NCBI GenBank assembly: GCA_020636375.1
Contig: JACJXZ010000011.1
Location: forward strand, 258,115 to 322,114
Source: Lewinellaceae bacterium
Lineage (GTDB): Bacteria; Bacteroidota; Bacteroidia; Chitinophagales; Saprospiraceae
Reading direction: 5' to 3'
Length of the DNA: 64,000 nt
The position numbers and the translations under genes are program-made. This document shows, one piece after another, positions 1-9,236 of this stretch. How positions within the stretch are numbered: position 1 is the first letter of the stretch; each line of letters opens with the position of its first letter. Under the pieces are notes generated by a model. That model searched no databases. It saw only the letters and a list, made by a program, of their open reading frames with translations, and was not told the DNA's origin.

Positions 1-2844
1 ACCGACCTGCACGTGATCGACAACGGAGGGCCCCTGCTGATCCCGGCAGGTGGATATCTGGTATTGGGCAACAATGGCGACCCGGCTGCCAACGGAGGCG
101 TTGCAGTGGATTACGCTTACAGCTCGGGCACTTTCAATCTGGCCAACGGTGCCGACGAAATTATCCTGACCGCTCCGGACCTTGTCGAAGTCGACCGGGT
201 AGAATGGGATGACGGCGCTACCTTCCCGGACCCCACTGGCGCGTCCATGGCCCTGCAACTGACCAACCTGGACAATAACGACGGCGCCAACTGGTGCGAA
301 GCCATGACCCCTTATGGTGCCGGGGACCTGGGGACGCCAGGCGCTGTCAACGACTGCGTACCGCCGCCCTCCTTCGACCTGCAGATTACCGAAATTTGGG
401 TCGGCCAGGATGGGGGCGATCTGACCGCCGACTGGTTCGAGATCACCAACTTTGGGCAAACAGCCTGGGTCAGTGGCATCGACGGCGGCCTGTACTTCGA
501 TGACGATTCCCAGGATCCCGCAGTAGCCGCTCCCATTAACGGCATTACCGATATCCAGCCTGGTGAAAGCGTTATCGTAGTGTCGGATATTGAAGCTGGC
601 GTGAACACTTTCTTCACCGTCTGGTCGCCCGATTATGACCTGGATGGCGTGGAAATCGGCTGGGCGGAGGGGCCCGGCCTGGGCCAGGGCGGCGATGCCG
701 TGACCCTCTTCGTCGGCGTACCAATGGTGACTAACATCGTAGACTACGAGGTCGTGCCGGCTTCTCCGTCCGGATTGTCTTACGATGTCGTTCTGGGTGC
801 CTTCAGCCAGGCGGGAACGGGAATCGTTCAAACCGGTACCAACATAGCTGTCGCCACTACCGCAACGGCGGGTACCAGTGGCCAGGAGCCCGCTATTGGC
901 TCCCCCGGCAACCAGGGGCCGCTGGTTGTACCGGAATACGACCTCCAGATTACCGAGATTTTTGCCGGCCAGGCCGGTGCCGACCTGACTGCCGACTGGT
1001 TCGAAATCCGTAACGTGGGCACAGCGCCCTGGGTGTCCGGCGTCGATCCCGACCTGTACTTTGACGATGATTCCGCCGATCCGGCATCTGCTGCCCTCGT
1101 TCAGGGCATCACCGAGATTTTGCCTGGCGCTTCCGCAATTGTGCTATCTACCGGCAATCCGGCCGATGTTACCACTTTCGTCGATGTGTGGAGTCCGGTA
1201 ATTGACCTGACGGGCGTGGAGATCGGTTATGCGGACGGTGCCGGCCTGAGCGGCGGCGGAGACGCGGTAACCCTTTGGGTGGGCGACCCCACAGCTTCCG
1301 ATCCTGTCGATATGGAAGCTTACCCTGACACGGCCCCCTTCGACGGGCAGTCGTATGACAGCGACCTGGGCGCGTTCAGCGTGGTAGGCAACGCCAACGG
1401 CGCAGTGCAGACTATAGCTTTGGGCGGCGACAACATGGACGTGCCCAACATCGGCTCGCCGGGCGACGGCCTGGCCGTCCCGCCTTCTACCGGATTGGCG
1501 ATTACGGAGATTTTTTCCGGCCAGGAAGGTGCCGACCTGACTGCCGACTGGTTTGAGATTCGCAATACGGGTACGCAGGCCTGGGTGTCGGGCGTTGATC
1601 CGGATTTATACTATGACGACGACTCTGCCGACCCGGCCAATGCTGTCCTGGTCCAGGGCATCGCCGAAATCCAGCCAGGCGCTTCAGCTATCGTCCTGAT
1701 CACCGCTGACCTGGCGGACATCACGGTTTTCACCGATGTGTGGAGCCCGGTGATCGACCTGACAGGCGTGGAGATTGGCTATGCCGATGGCGCCGGTTTG
1801 GGCGGCGGCGGCGATGCGGTGACGCTGTGGCTGGGCGACCCTGCCGCTTCCCTGCCCATCGCTATGGAAGCCTACCCCGACACGGCCCCCTTCGACGGGC
1901 AGTCGTATGACAGCGACCTGGGCGCGTTCAGCGTGGTAGGCAACGCCAACGGCGCCGTGCAGACCATCGCCCTGGGCGGCGACAATATGGACATTCCAAA
2001 CATCGGCTCTCCGGGCGACGGCCTGGCCGTCCCTCCGTCTACAGGGTTGGCGATCACCGAGATTTTCTCGGGTCAGGCCGGCGCCGACCTGACTGCCGAT
2101 TGGTTTGAGATTCGCAATACGGGCACACAGGCCTGGGTGTCGGGCGTCGATCCGGATTTGTACTACGACGACGACTCTGCCGACCCGGTCAATGCCGTCC
2201 TGGTCCAGGGCATTGCCGAGATTCAACCGGGGGCTTCCGCTATTGTGCTGATCACTGCCGACGTGGCTGACATTACCGCTTTCACCGATGTATGGAGCCC
2301 GGTGATCGACCTGGCGGGCGTGGAGATCGGCTACGCAGACGGTGCCGGGCTGGGCGGCGGCGGTGATGCGGTGACGCTGTGGCTGGATGACCCTGCCGCT
2401 TTTCTGCCTATCGCTATGGAAGCCTACCCCGACACGGCCCCCTTCGACGGGCAGTCGTATGACAGCGACCTGGGCGAATTCAGCATAGTGGATAACGCCA
2501 ATGGCGCAGTACAGACCGTCGCCCTGGGCGGCGACAATGGCGATGTGCCAAACATTGGCTCGCCGGGGGACCAGGGGCCGATCAGCAGCACAACTAACAG
2601 GGAGGCCGGTTCCATTAAGATTTTCCCGAACCCTAGCCGAGGGCTTATTTCGGTACAGCCTAAAGGTATAAGCGTGGTTGAATCTGTGGAAGTTTTTAGC
2701 CTGGAGGGCCAGTCGCTCCTTCGCTTGGCGGAAGTGCGTACTGGAGCTTTCACGCTTGACCTTTCCACTTTGCCTGCATCGGTTTACTATATACAAGTAC
2801 GCGGAGAACGTGCTGTGATCACAGAACGGATCGTCAAACAATAG
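1..2844 (+). CDS. Secreted repeat protein with four lamin-tail-domain (LTD)-like repeats and a T9SS (Por) C-terminal sorting domain. It is 5' partial, because the frame is open from base 1.
   Basis: Four ~180 aa repeats each contain the 'LQITEI..GQ.G.DLTADWFEI(R/T)N...VSG(I/V)D..LY(F/Y)DDDS' LTD-like motif. Repeats 3 and 4 are nearly identical at the nucleotide level (~540 bp units). The C-terminus 'IKIFPNPSRGLISVQP...VYYIQV' is typical of a Bacteroidetes T9SS CTD. There is no start codon at the window edge. Confidence 0.6.
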   Translation, partial: TDLHVIDNGGPLLIPAGGYLVLGNNGDPAANGGVAVDYAYSSGTFNLANGADEIILTAPDLVEVDRVEWDDGATFPDPTGASMALQLTNLDNNDGANWCEAMTPYGAGDLGTPGAVNDCVPPPSFDLQITEIWVGQDGGDLTADWFEITNFGQTAWVSGIDGGLYFDDDSQDPAVAAPINGITDIQPGESVIVVSDIEAGVNTFFTVWSPDYDLDGVEIGWAEGPGLGQGGDAVTLFVGVPMVTNIVDYEVVPASPSGLSYDVVLGAFSQAGTGIVQTGTNIAVATTATAGTSGQEPAIGSPGNQGPLVVPEYDLQITEIFAGQAGADLTADWFEIRNVGTAPWVSGVDPDLYFDDDSADPASAALVQGITEILPGASAIVLSTGNPADVTTFVDVWSPVIDLTGVEIGYADGAGLSGGGDAVTLWVGDPTASDPVDMEAYPDTAPFDGQSYDSDLGAFSVVGNANGAVQTIALGGDNMDVPNIGSPGDGLAVPPSTGLAITEIFSGQEGADLTADWFEIRNTGTQAWVSGVDPDLYYDDDSADPANAVLVQGIAEIQPGASAIVLITADLADITVFTDVWSPVIDLTGVEIGYADGAGLGGGGDAVTLWLGDPAASLPIAMEAYPDTAPFDGQSYDSDLGAFSVVGNANGAVQTIALGGDNMDIPNIGSPGDGLAVPPSTGLAITEIFSGQAGADLTADWFEIRNTGTQAWVSGVDPDLYYDDDSADPVNAVLVQGIAEIQPGASAIVLITADVADITAFTDVWSPVIDLAGVEIGYADGAGLGGGGDAVTLWLDDPAAFLPIAMEAYPDTAPFDGQSYDSDLGEFSIVDNANGAVQTVALGGDNGDVPNIGSPGDQGPISSTTNREAGSIKIFPNPSRGLISVQPKGISVVESVEVFSLEGQSLLRLAEVRTGAFTLDLSTLPASVYYIQVRGERAVITERIVKQ

Positions 2845-2998
2845 AGGTTGGTGGGTTAAATCCGTTGAATTTTCGGTGCAAATGGAGCGCGGACCCCGCA
2901 AGTCTGCGGGGCAGGTTCTCCAGGTCCGCCGGATCAATCAACGGATTTAACTCACTGCCTTTAAATTTTTGAAGTGCTTGATTTAAATGTGGAGCCAG

Positions 2999-4666
2999 TC
3001 ACTCCCATATTACCGCTTCCTGTGCCGCCAACCAGCCCTCAAAATGCCTCCCGTACCGTTGGGCCAGCTCGTTGCGTTTCACCTTCAGGGTGGGCGTCAG
3101 CAGGCCGTTTTCCACGCTCCACAGTTCGCGGGTGACGACCAGGGTGGCGATCTTTTCGTAATTAGCCAGTTTCCGGTTGACGGCATCCAGGGTTTCCCGC
3201 AGGCTTTGTTCGATGGCGGCCCGTTCTTTGGCGCGGCCCAATTCGGACAGGGCCACCAGGGCGATGGGTTGCGCCAGGCCCAGGCCGGCGATGCAGATCT
3301 GTTCGATATCGGGATTGCCGGCAAACGCCCATTCGATGGGCGCCGGCACGACGAACTTGCCCTTGGCGGTCTTGAAGGCTTCGGATACCCGGCCGGTCAG
3401 CCGCAGGAAGCCTTGCTCGTCGACCGTTCCGCTGTCGCCGGTGTGGAACCAGCCGTTGCGGAACACCTCGGCCGTCTTTTCCGGGTTCTTGTAGTAGCCG
3501 TCCATAAACCAGGGCCCGCGGGCGAGCACTTCGCCCGTTTCGGGGTCGGTTTTCACCTCGGCGCCCTGGAGGACGCGGCCGACGGTGCCGGTGGCGTCTT
3601 CCCATTCGCGGGTCATGGTAAAACCCCCGCAGGTCTCCGTCAGGCCATAGATTTCCTGGATGTTCATGCCCAGGCGGCGGTACCAGCCCTTCAGGCTGTC
3701 GGGCATAGGGGCGGCAGCGGTGATCAGTATCCGGGCCCGCCCCAGGCCGAGGGCGCGGCGGATTTTCTTTTTCACCAGGGTGGAAACGACCGGCAGGCGG
3801 AGCAGCAGGCGGAGGCGGGCCGGCGGCATGCGTTCCAGGATGGCCAGGTGGAACTTCGTCCAGATGCGGGGCACGGCGAAGAAGAAGGTGGGCCGGATTG
3901 CCTGGAGGTTTGGGGCGAAGGTGTCCAGGCTTTCTACGAAGGAGACCTGCGCCCGGTAGACAATGCTCAGCACTTCGGTCAGGGCCCGCTCGGCGATGTG
4001 GTTGAGCGGCAGGTAGGAGATCAGGCTGTTCTCGCCGGCGCGGAGCCGGAGCAGGTCCTCTTCCTTCTCCATGCGCACCAGCTCGGCCGGCTGCCGGTAG
4101 CGGAGCATCACCCCCTTGGGCGTGCCTGTGGTGCCGGAGGTGAAGATGATGGTAAAAAGGCTGTCCAGCCCGGGCACGGGGCTTCCGGCCAGGGGCTCGA
4201 AGCGGCTCAGGAAATCTTGCCATTGTTCCCCTTCCGTTACGCGGGAATTGCCTTCATAATGGGGAAAGGCGATGATGGGCATGTCCTTCGGCACCCCCTG
4301 TTTCATCTCCTCCCAGCCTTCCAGTTTGCCCACGAACAGCGCCTGGACATCTCCCAGCTCCAGCACTTCGCTGATCTGATCGGAGCGCAGGGTGGGGAAG
4401 AAGGGAACCGAGACGAAGCCGCCCATCATGATAGCCAGGTCGGCGATGATCCATTCCCGGCAGTTCTTGGAGACGATGCCGATGTGGGCGCCGGCGGGCA
4501 GCCCCAGGGAGCGCAGGCCGGCGGCCAGGCGGCGCGCCATTTGCCCGGTTTGGGCCCAGGTGTATTCCTCCCAGGTTTCGCCGAAGGGCTGGCGCAGGTA
4601 TACTTCATCGGGATGCTCCTTCTCCCACCGGTAGAAATAGCTGAGGAATGGTTTTAATGCTGCCAT
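2999..4666 (-). CDS. fadD: Long-chain fatty acid--CoA ligase (AMP-dependent synthetase/ligase).
   Basis: AMP-binding signature 'IIFTSGTTGTPKGVML', 'YGLTET' and a C-terminal 'TGD..' region. It is 555 aa with the ATG at 4666. Confidence 0.75.
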   Translation of the reverse strand: MAALKPFLSYFYRWEKEHPDEVYLRQPFGETWEEYTWAQTGQMARRLAAGLRSLGLPAGAHIGIVSKNCREWIIADLAIMMGGFVSVPFFPTLRSDQISEVLELGDVQALFVGKLEGWEEMKQGVPKDMPIIAFPHYEGNSRVTEGEQWQDFLSRFEPLAGSPVPGLDSLFTIIFTSGTTGTPKGVMLRYRQPAELVRMEKEEDLLRLRAGENSLISYLPLNHIAERALTEVLSIVYRAQVSFVESLDTFAPNLQAIRPTFFFAVPRIWTKFHLAILERMPPARLRLLLRLPVVSTLVKKKIRRALGLGRARILITAAAPMPDSLKGWYRRLGMNIQEIYGLTETCGGFTMTREWEDATGTVGRVLQGAEVKTDPETGEVLARGPWFMDGYYKNPEKTAEVFRNGWFHTGDSGTVDEQGFLRLTGRVSEAFKTAKGKFVVPAPIEWAFAGNPDIEQICIAGLGLAQPIALVALSELGRAKERAAIEQSLRETLDAVNRKLANYEKIATLVVTRELWSVENGLLTPTLKVKRNELAQRYGRHFEGWLAAQEAVIWE

Positions 4667-4858
4667 GGCGTTTGCGGTTCGTATTTTCAGCTATGAAAAT
4701 AATACTTCCGGGGCGGAATTCAACGGGTTAATAGGCAGAACCTGCCATTTGATCAAGTAAAGTTGACCCCTGCCGCTAAAAACATCACTTTTGGTGTAAC
4801 CTTTTGACAAACGGCCCCCTCTAATTATCCGAACCCGACATTGAAAGCGAACCATATC

Positions 4859-5902
4859 ATGAAAACCTTTTTTCAATCTCTCTTATTGACCATCAGTTTA
4901 ACGCCGGCTTTTGCTTCGGCCACCATGCAGACCCTCTTCAATGAACTGGAACGCGAAGGGGTCCTGAAAGTCGAACTGGAGCTGAACCTGGACACGCTGG
5001 AGCACAACGCCAGAACCTCGGAAGAGCAGCCTGCCATTTTCCGCTTTACGGACAGGCAGGGCGCCGTCCAGGAATGGAGCGCGGACGTCAACGTCCGCGG
5101 CCGTTTCCGCCGCCGCGTTTGCGCCTTCCCGCCGATCAAGATCGATTTTTCCAAAAATGACCTCCGGGCCCGGGGCCTGCTCCCCTTTGACGACATCAAG
5201 CTCGTTACCCACTGCCAGGAAGGCGAGGAAGGGCAGGAAGCGGTGCTTCGCGAATTCCTGGCTTACGAGCTCTACGGCAAGCTGAGCCCGATGAACTTCC
5301 GTGCCCAGTTGGTGGAGGTCACCTACATCGATGCCGAAAGCAATATCCGCTTCACCAAATACGGAATCCTCCTGGAGGATGCCGACGAGCTGGCCGCCCG
5401 CCTGAACAGCGAGGAATGTGAAGCCTGCTACGGCCTGGAGCCCTCCCAGGTCAACCCGGAAGCCTACCGCACCCACGCGATGTTCCAGTACATGATCGGC
5501 AACACCGACTGGTCGCTGGAGATGGCGCGCAACCTGAAGGTCATGAAGCCGCTGGACGGCGGCGCTTACTGGATTGCCCCTTACGATTTCGATTTTTCCG
5601 GGTTGGTGGGCGCCGGTTATGCCCTGCCCAATAACGACGTCGGGCAGAAGTCCGTCAGCCAGCGGGTATATATGGGCACGAAATCTACCCGCCCGCAACT
5701 GGAAGAATCCATCCGGCATTTTCAGTCCAAAAGGGAAGAAGTGATGGCCTGTGTCGAAGGCTTTACCCTGCTGAGCAGGAAGTCCCGCCGGGAAATAACC
5801 CGCTACCTGGAAAGCTTCTACGACAGCCTCGATGAGGAGGAGTTCCTGCAGGCGGCCGCCCTCGCTCCCGGGGACGCCTCTCCTGTAGCCAAAAGCAAAT
5901 AA
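4859..5902 (+). CDS. Hypothetical secreted protein with a signal peptide.
   Basis: The in-frame ATG at 4859 gives 'MKTFFQSLLLTISLTPAFASA', which is signal-peptide-like. No recognisable domain. Confidence 0.45.
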   Translation: MKTFFQSLLLTISLTPAFASATMQTLFNELEREGVLKVELELNLDTLEHNARTSEEQPAIFRFTDRQGAVQEWSADVNVRGRFRRRVCAFPPIKIDFSKNDLRARGLLPFDDIKLVTHCQEGEEGQEAVLREFLAYELYGKLSPMNFRAQLVEVTYIDAESNIRFTKYGILLEDADELAARLNSEECEACYGLEPSQVNPEAYRTHAMFQYMIGNTDWSLEMARNLKVMKPLDGGAYWIAPYDFDFSGLVGAGYALPNNDVGQKSVSQRVYMGTKSTRPQLEESIRHFQSKREEVMACVEGFTLLSRKSRREITRYLESFYDSLDEEEFLQAAALAPGDASPVAKSK

Positions 5903-5980
5903 GTTAAGCGTAACAACCCATAACAGATGCGCCTGCCACAATCCAACGTGGCGGGTGCTTTTTTTTGGGGGAGGCCCGTA

Positions 5981-6544
5981 TCACGAACCCGGAAACCCTT
6001 CCTGCTCAGTGACCCGCCTGGCCTGCAGCAGGTGCCGCTCCTCGTGGTTGGCCAGGATGGTAACCGCGTCGTGCAGGCTGTAGGTAATAAAAGAGGCGGC
6101 CGGCGAGGTGATGATTGTCCTTTTCAAATCCAGGTTTCCGAGGTTGCGCAGGTGGCGGATGAGTTCCTGGTTGTGCGCTGTAAACTGGCGGACGATGTCC
6201 GGCCCAACCTGGCTCTGGGCAGGGCGGAATACGTCCGGCGCCTTCATCTTTTGTTTGGGGACCGGCGTGATGGACCGCAGCAGCATGCTTCCCCAAAAAC
6301 CTGGGAAAAAGGGCACCTGCTCCCAGAAAGCCGCCTTTCTGGCGCCATTGGCCACCGCCTCCAGCTGCGGAAAGTAGGTGCGGTTGGAAACGATGAGGTG
6401 TTCCAGGCACTGGCCGGCGCTCCATTGCTTTTCGGAGGGTTTCCAGTTGAGCTGGCGGGCGGAGAGCCCGCCGAATGCCTGTTCGGCTTCCCGGCTGGCG
6501 TTGCCGATGCGGGTTATGATGGTATCAAGGTAGGAATTGGACAT
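5981..6544 (-). CDS. DinB family (DinB_2 / YfiT-like) putative metal-dependent hydrolase.
   Basis: 187 aa. The DinB_2-like pattern 'SARQLNWKPSEKQWSAGQCLEHL...' is present, with histidines spaced as in DinB/YfiT four-helix-bundle proteins. Confidence 0.55.
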   Translation of the reverse strand: MSNSYLDTIITRIGNASREAEQAFGGLSARQLNWKPSEKQWSAGQCLEHLIVSNRTYFPQLEAVANGARKAAFWEQVPFFPGFWGSMLLRSITPVPKQKMKAPDVFRPAQSQVGPDIVRQFTAHNQELIRHLRNLGNLDLKRTIITSPAASFITYSLHDAVTILANHEERHLLQARRVTEQEGFPGS

Positions 6545-6686
6545 TTGCGGCAGTTGTTTTTACCTGCCAAAATTACGCCGATTTTACCGCATTTTTTAAA
6601 AACCGAGTATCTTCGCCTGGCTTTTCCGGAAGACCTGACCAGTTCCGGCGGAGCATCCTAATCAAAAACTTGTCAAGCCTGTCCCT

Positions 6687-7418
6687 ATGAAACGAGAAAT
6701 CCACTCCTGGCACAGCCCGGCCCTGAACAAAACGATGGAAATAGCCGTCTACGGCCATTACGGCTTTGCCCTGCTGCTCTTCCCCACCGCTGCGGCGGAT
6801 TTTCTGGAATACGAGCGTTTTCACCTGATCGATTCCATCAGCCGCCAGATCGAAGAGGGCAAGGTAAAGGTTTTTTCCGTCAACAGCATCAACGCCGAAA
6901 GCTGGCTCAACCAGTACATGCAGCCCCGCCATAAGGCCATCCGCCACCAGCAGTTCAACGAATACATCTTCACCGAGGCTATCCCCTTCATCAAAAGCAT
7001 GACCAGCCAGGATACGCCCGTCATAACCAGCGGCGCTTCCTTCGGCGCCCTGCACGCCGCCAACCTGTTCTTCCGCCGCCCCGACCTCATCAACGGCGTC
7101 ATCGCCATGAGCGGCGACTACGACCTGAGCTCCTACACCAAAGGCTACCACGACCAGGACGTCTACTTCAACTCGCCCGTCCAGTACCTGCCCAACCTGC
7201 ATGACGATTACTTCCTGCCCCTCATCAAGCAGAGCGGCCACATCCACATCGTCACCGGTTCCGGCGACTGGGAACACCCCGACGCGTCGCGCCGCCTCTC
7301 CGCCATCCTCAGTGCCAGGGGCATCCCCCACGAACTGGACGTCTGGGGCTACGACATCCCGCACGACTGGCCTACGTGGCGCAAAATGTTGCCGCATTAT
7401 CTGGATACGCGGTTTTAG
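6687..7418 (+). CDS. Esterase family protein (putative esterase / S-formylglutathione hydrolase-like alpha/beta hydrolase).
   Basis: 'EIAVYGHYGFALLLFP' and 'SGASFGALHAANL' (a GxSxG-like nucleophile elbow) are typical of PF00756 esterases. Confidence 0.6.
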   Translation: MKREIHSWHSPALNKTMEIAVYGHYGFALLLFPTAAADFLEYERFHLIDSISRQIEEGKVKVFSVNSINAESWLNQYMQPRHKAIRHQQFNEYIFTEAIPFIKSMTSQDTPVITSGASFGALHAANLFFRRPDLINGVIAMSGDYDLSSYTKGYHDQDVYFNSPVQYLPNLHDDYFLPLIKQSGHIHIVTGSGDWEHPDASRRLSAILSARGIPHELDVWGYDIPHDWPTWRKMLPHYLDTRF

Positions 7419-7574
7419 GGGGGGAAGTATAACCGGGTACATGGGATAGGGTGATGTGGTGAGAGGGTGATGTGGTGAGACGTAATGCTGAACAAAACGG
7501 TTTTGGATGCAAGGAGCACTGGGCCCTTGGCACTGTATTGAAGCTTCGGCGTGAGACCTCGGTCAAACGCTGGA

Positions 7575-7735
7575 CAAATAGCTGTTGTCGGTTGCTAGTT
7601 GTCAGTTAGGGAACCCAATTGTTCCGGCGGCCCCAAGGCCAAACCGGCAACAACCTGTTGCCAATTATTGGCTGCCGACAGTTGGAAATAACAGACAACA
7701 GTCAACAATCAACGGCCAACTTGTCCAGTATTAGA
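7575..7735. repeat. Large imperfect inverted-repeat block immediately upstream of MITE copy 1. MITE-like or REP-like.
   Basis: 'ctggacaaatagctgttgtcggttgc...' pairs with '...caacggccaacttgtccag'. There is also an internal palindrome 'gccaattattggc'. Confidence 0.35.
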
Positions 7736-7751
7736 CGGATAGCCTGCCCTT

Positions 7752-7855
7752 GGGCTACCCGTCTAAGGCTGGACACTCCATACCTCCTGCACACGCTTGG
7801 CCTCGACTCCGCTCGGCTTTCCCTCTTCTACTGTCCAACCTTAGACGGGGAGCCT
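7752..7855. mobile_element. MITE-like ~100 bp element with ~24 bp terminal inverted repeats (copy 1 of 2).
   Basis: 'GGCTACCCGTCTAAGGCTGGACAC...GTCCAACCTTAGACGGGGAGCC'. It is ~95 percent identical to 28665-28766. Confidence 0.6.
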
Positions 7856-7948
7856 GCCCTTGTGTTAATGGCTTGAAAAACAGATTTTTATGATTTGAAT
7901 CAGGCACAGGGAAGAATGGCTCAAACCCTTCCCCGTGCCCCTGAGAGT

Positions 7949-9016
7949 TTAATTGCCGCCTATTGTTATCTTCTCACAAGCTTTATCGCTGTTTACGGGG
8001 TGTAATACAGTCCGCTTATACCCATCCGGGCAAGTCCAGCACTTCCCGGTCCCGATATCCAGGAAATAATCCCCTTCACATTTTTTAGCGTCTTCGTTCC
8101 TAATGGCTCGTTGATAGTCTGCATGTACCCTTTGGGAGCAGGCCTTTTCAGAGGTGACCGGATGGGCGGTGCGGCTAAAGCCAGAGGGGCAGCTGTAGCA
8201 ATTGCCATTGGGATCCCAAAATTGGCCGCCGGCACAATCGGTGCCCAAAAGGCCGCTGCCTCGCCCGTGATTGGTGGCGGAGGCGAAGCGTTCGAATGCG
8301 GCGCGCTCGCAGGCCTTGTCGCTCTTTACGGAAAAGACCGTCCGCTTATACCCACCCGGGCAAGTCCAGCAGGTACCCCCATCTACAGGATCATAGAATG
8401 TGCCGTCGCCACAGCCTACTTTATCGCCTTGTATGGCGGGCTTATAATCGCTGGTGACGCTTATGTTGATGCCATTGCTGCTACCCCCGTTGGGCAATAC
8501 CGCAACCAGTTCAAACTGCTGCTGGGCTTTGCCGTGAAAATCCCACTGCCATAGAATGGCCCTATTCTCTTTGTCTGCATTTTTGATGGAAAGATACTTG
8601 CCGCTGTGCCGGGCTTTGATGTAGTAGGCATTGCCTTCCGCCGGTTCGAGGGCAAACTGCTGCTGGGCTTTTCCGTGGAAATCCCACTGCCAAACCGTCT
8701 CGCCATTTTCCTGGCCGGCATTTTTAATGCTGACGTACTTGCCGCTGTGCATCGCCTTAATGTAGTAATAGCCACCACCGGCACTCTTGAACTCAAACTG
8801 TTGCTGGGCTTTGCCGTGAAAATCCCATTGCCAGAGAATGATGCCATTTTCCTGGCCAGCATCCTTGACACTAATGTACTTCCCACTGTGGCGGGCCTTC
8901 AGGAAATAGGTGCCCTCTGCCACCGGGGAAGGGCCTGATGTTCGCCATGCGCTGCAAACAAAGATGACAACAGCGAGGAGTGCAGCACTAAAGCTGATTG
9001 AATACATCGTCTTCAT
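7949..9016 (-). CDS. Secreted ricin-B-type (beta-trefoil, QxW) lectin domain protein with three C-terminal Cys-rich repeats.
   Basis: Signal peptide present. There are three ~50 aa repeats 'HSGKY(I/L)S(I/V)K.AGQENG...WQWDFHGKAQQQFE' (QxW motif). These are followed by three repeats of 'C(W/Y)(T/S)CP.G(Y/F)(K/S)RT...S(D/E)KAC'. Confidence 0.55.
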   Translation of the reverse strand: MKTMYSISFSAALLAVVIFVCSAWRTSGPSPVAEGTYFLKARHSGKYISVKDAGQENGIILWQWDFHGKAQQQFEFKSAGGGYYYIKAMHSGKYVSIKNAGQENGETVWQWDFHGKAQQQFALEPAEGNAYYIKARHSGKYLSIKNADKENRAILWQWDFHGKAQQQFELVAVLPNGGSSNGINISVTSDYKPAIQGDKVGCGDGTFYDPVDGGTCWTCPGGYKRTVFSVKSDKACERAAFERFASATNHGRGSGLLGTDCAGGQFWDPNGNCYSCPSGFSRTAHPVTSEKACSQRVHADYQRAIRNEDAKKCEGDYFLDIGTGKCWTCPDGYKRTVLHPVNSDKACEKITIGGN

Positions 9017-9154
9017 AATTAATCGTTTTAAAGGTTTTTAATTTTATGGAGCCATGGTTAAGCCTGCTAATTAGTGGTTGCCTTTTTCGATTCAAAAGCA
9101 CCATCTCCAAACAGGCTCTTACTAGCCTGGCACAAAGATCACCCCAGGCCCGCA

Positions 9155-9200
9155 GAAGGGCTTATACTTATCTTGCAAAGGCTTATACTTATCTTGCAGA
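9155..9200. promoter_or_regulatory. Tandem 22 bp direct repeat in the promoter region of the lectin gene, immediately downstream of the AraC-output hybrid sensor gene.
   Basis: 'aaggcttatacttatcttgca' occurs twice in tandem at ~9157-9200. Confidence 0.35.
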
Positions 9201-9236
9201 GGAGGGGACGTGTTGAAAATGAGGGAGTTAGAGTTT

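Noticed and set aside
1684-2937. Long antisense ORFs overlapping confident genes (e.g. 1684-2937, 3162-4223, 4898-5941, 14318-15136, 21470-23014, 23950-25740, 26462-28231, 33904-35055, 35059-35787, 42838-43333).
   Set aside because: They are typical high-GC shadow ORFs. They have no motifs and are Arg/Pro/Gly-rich, and the opposite strand carries a well-supported gene.
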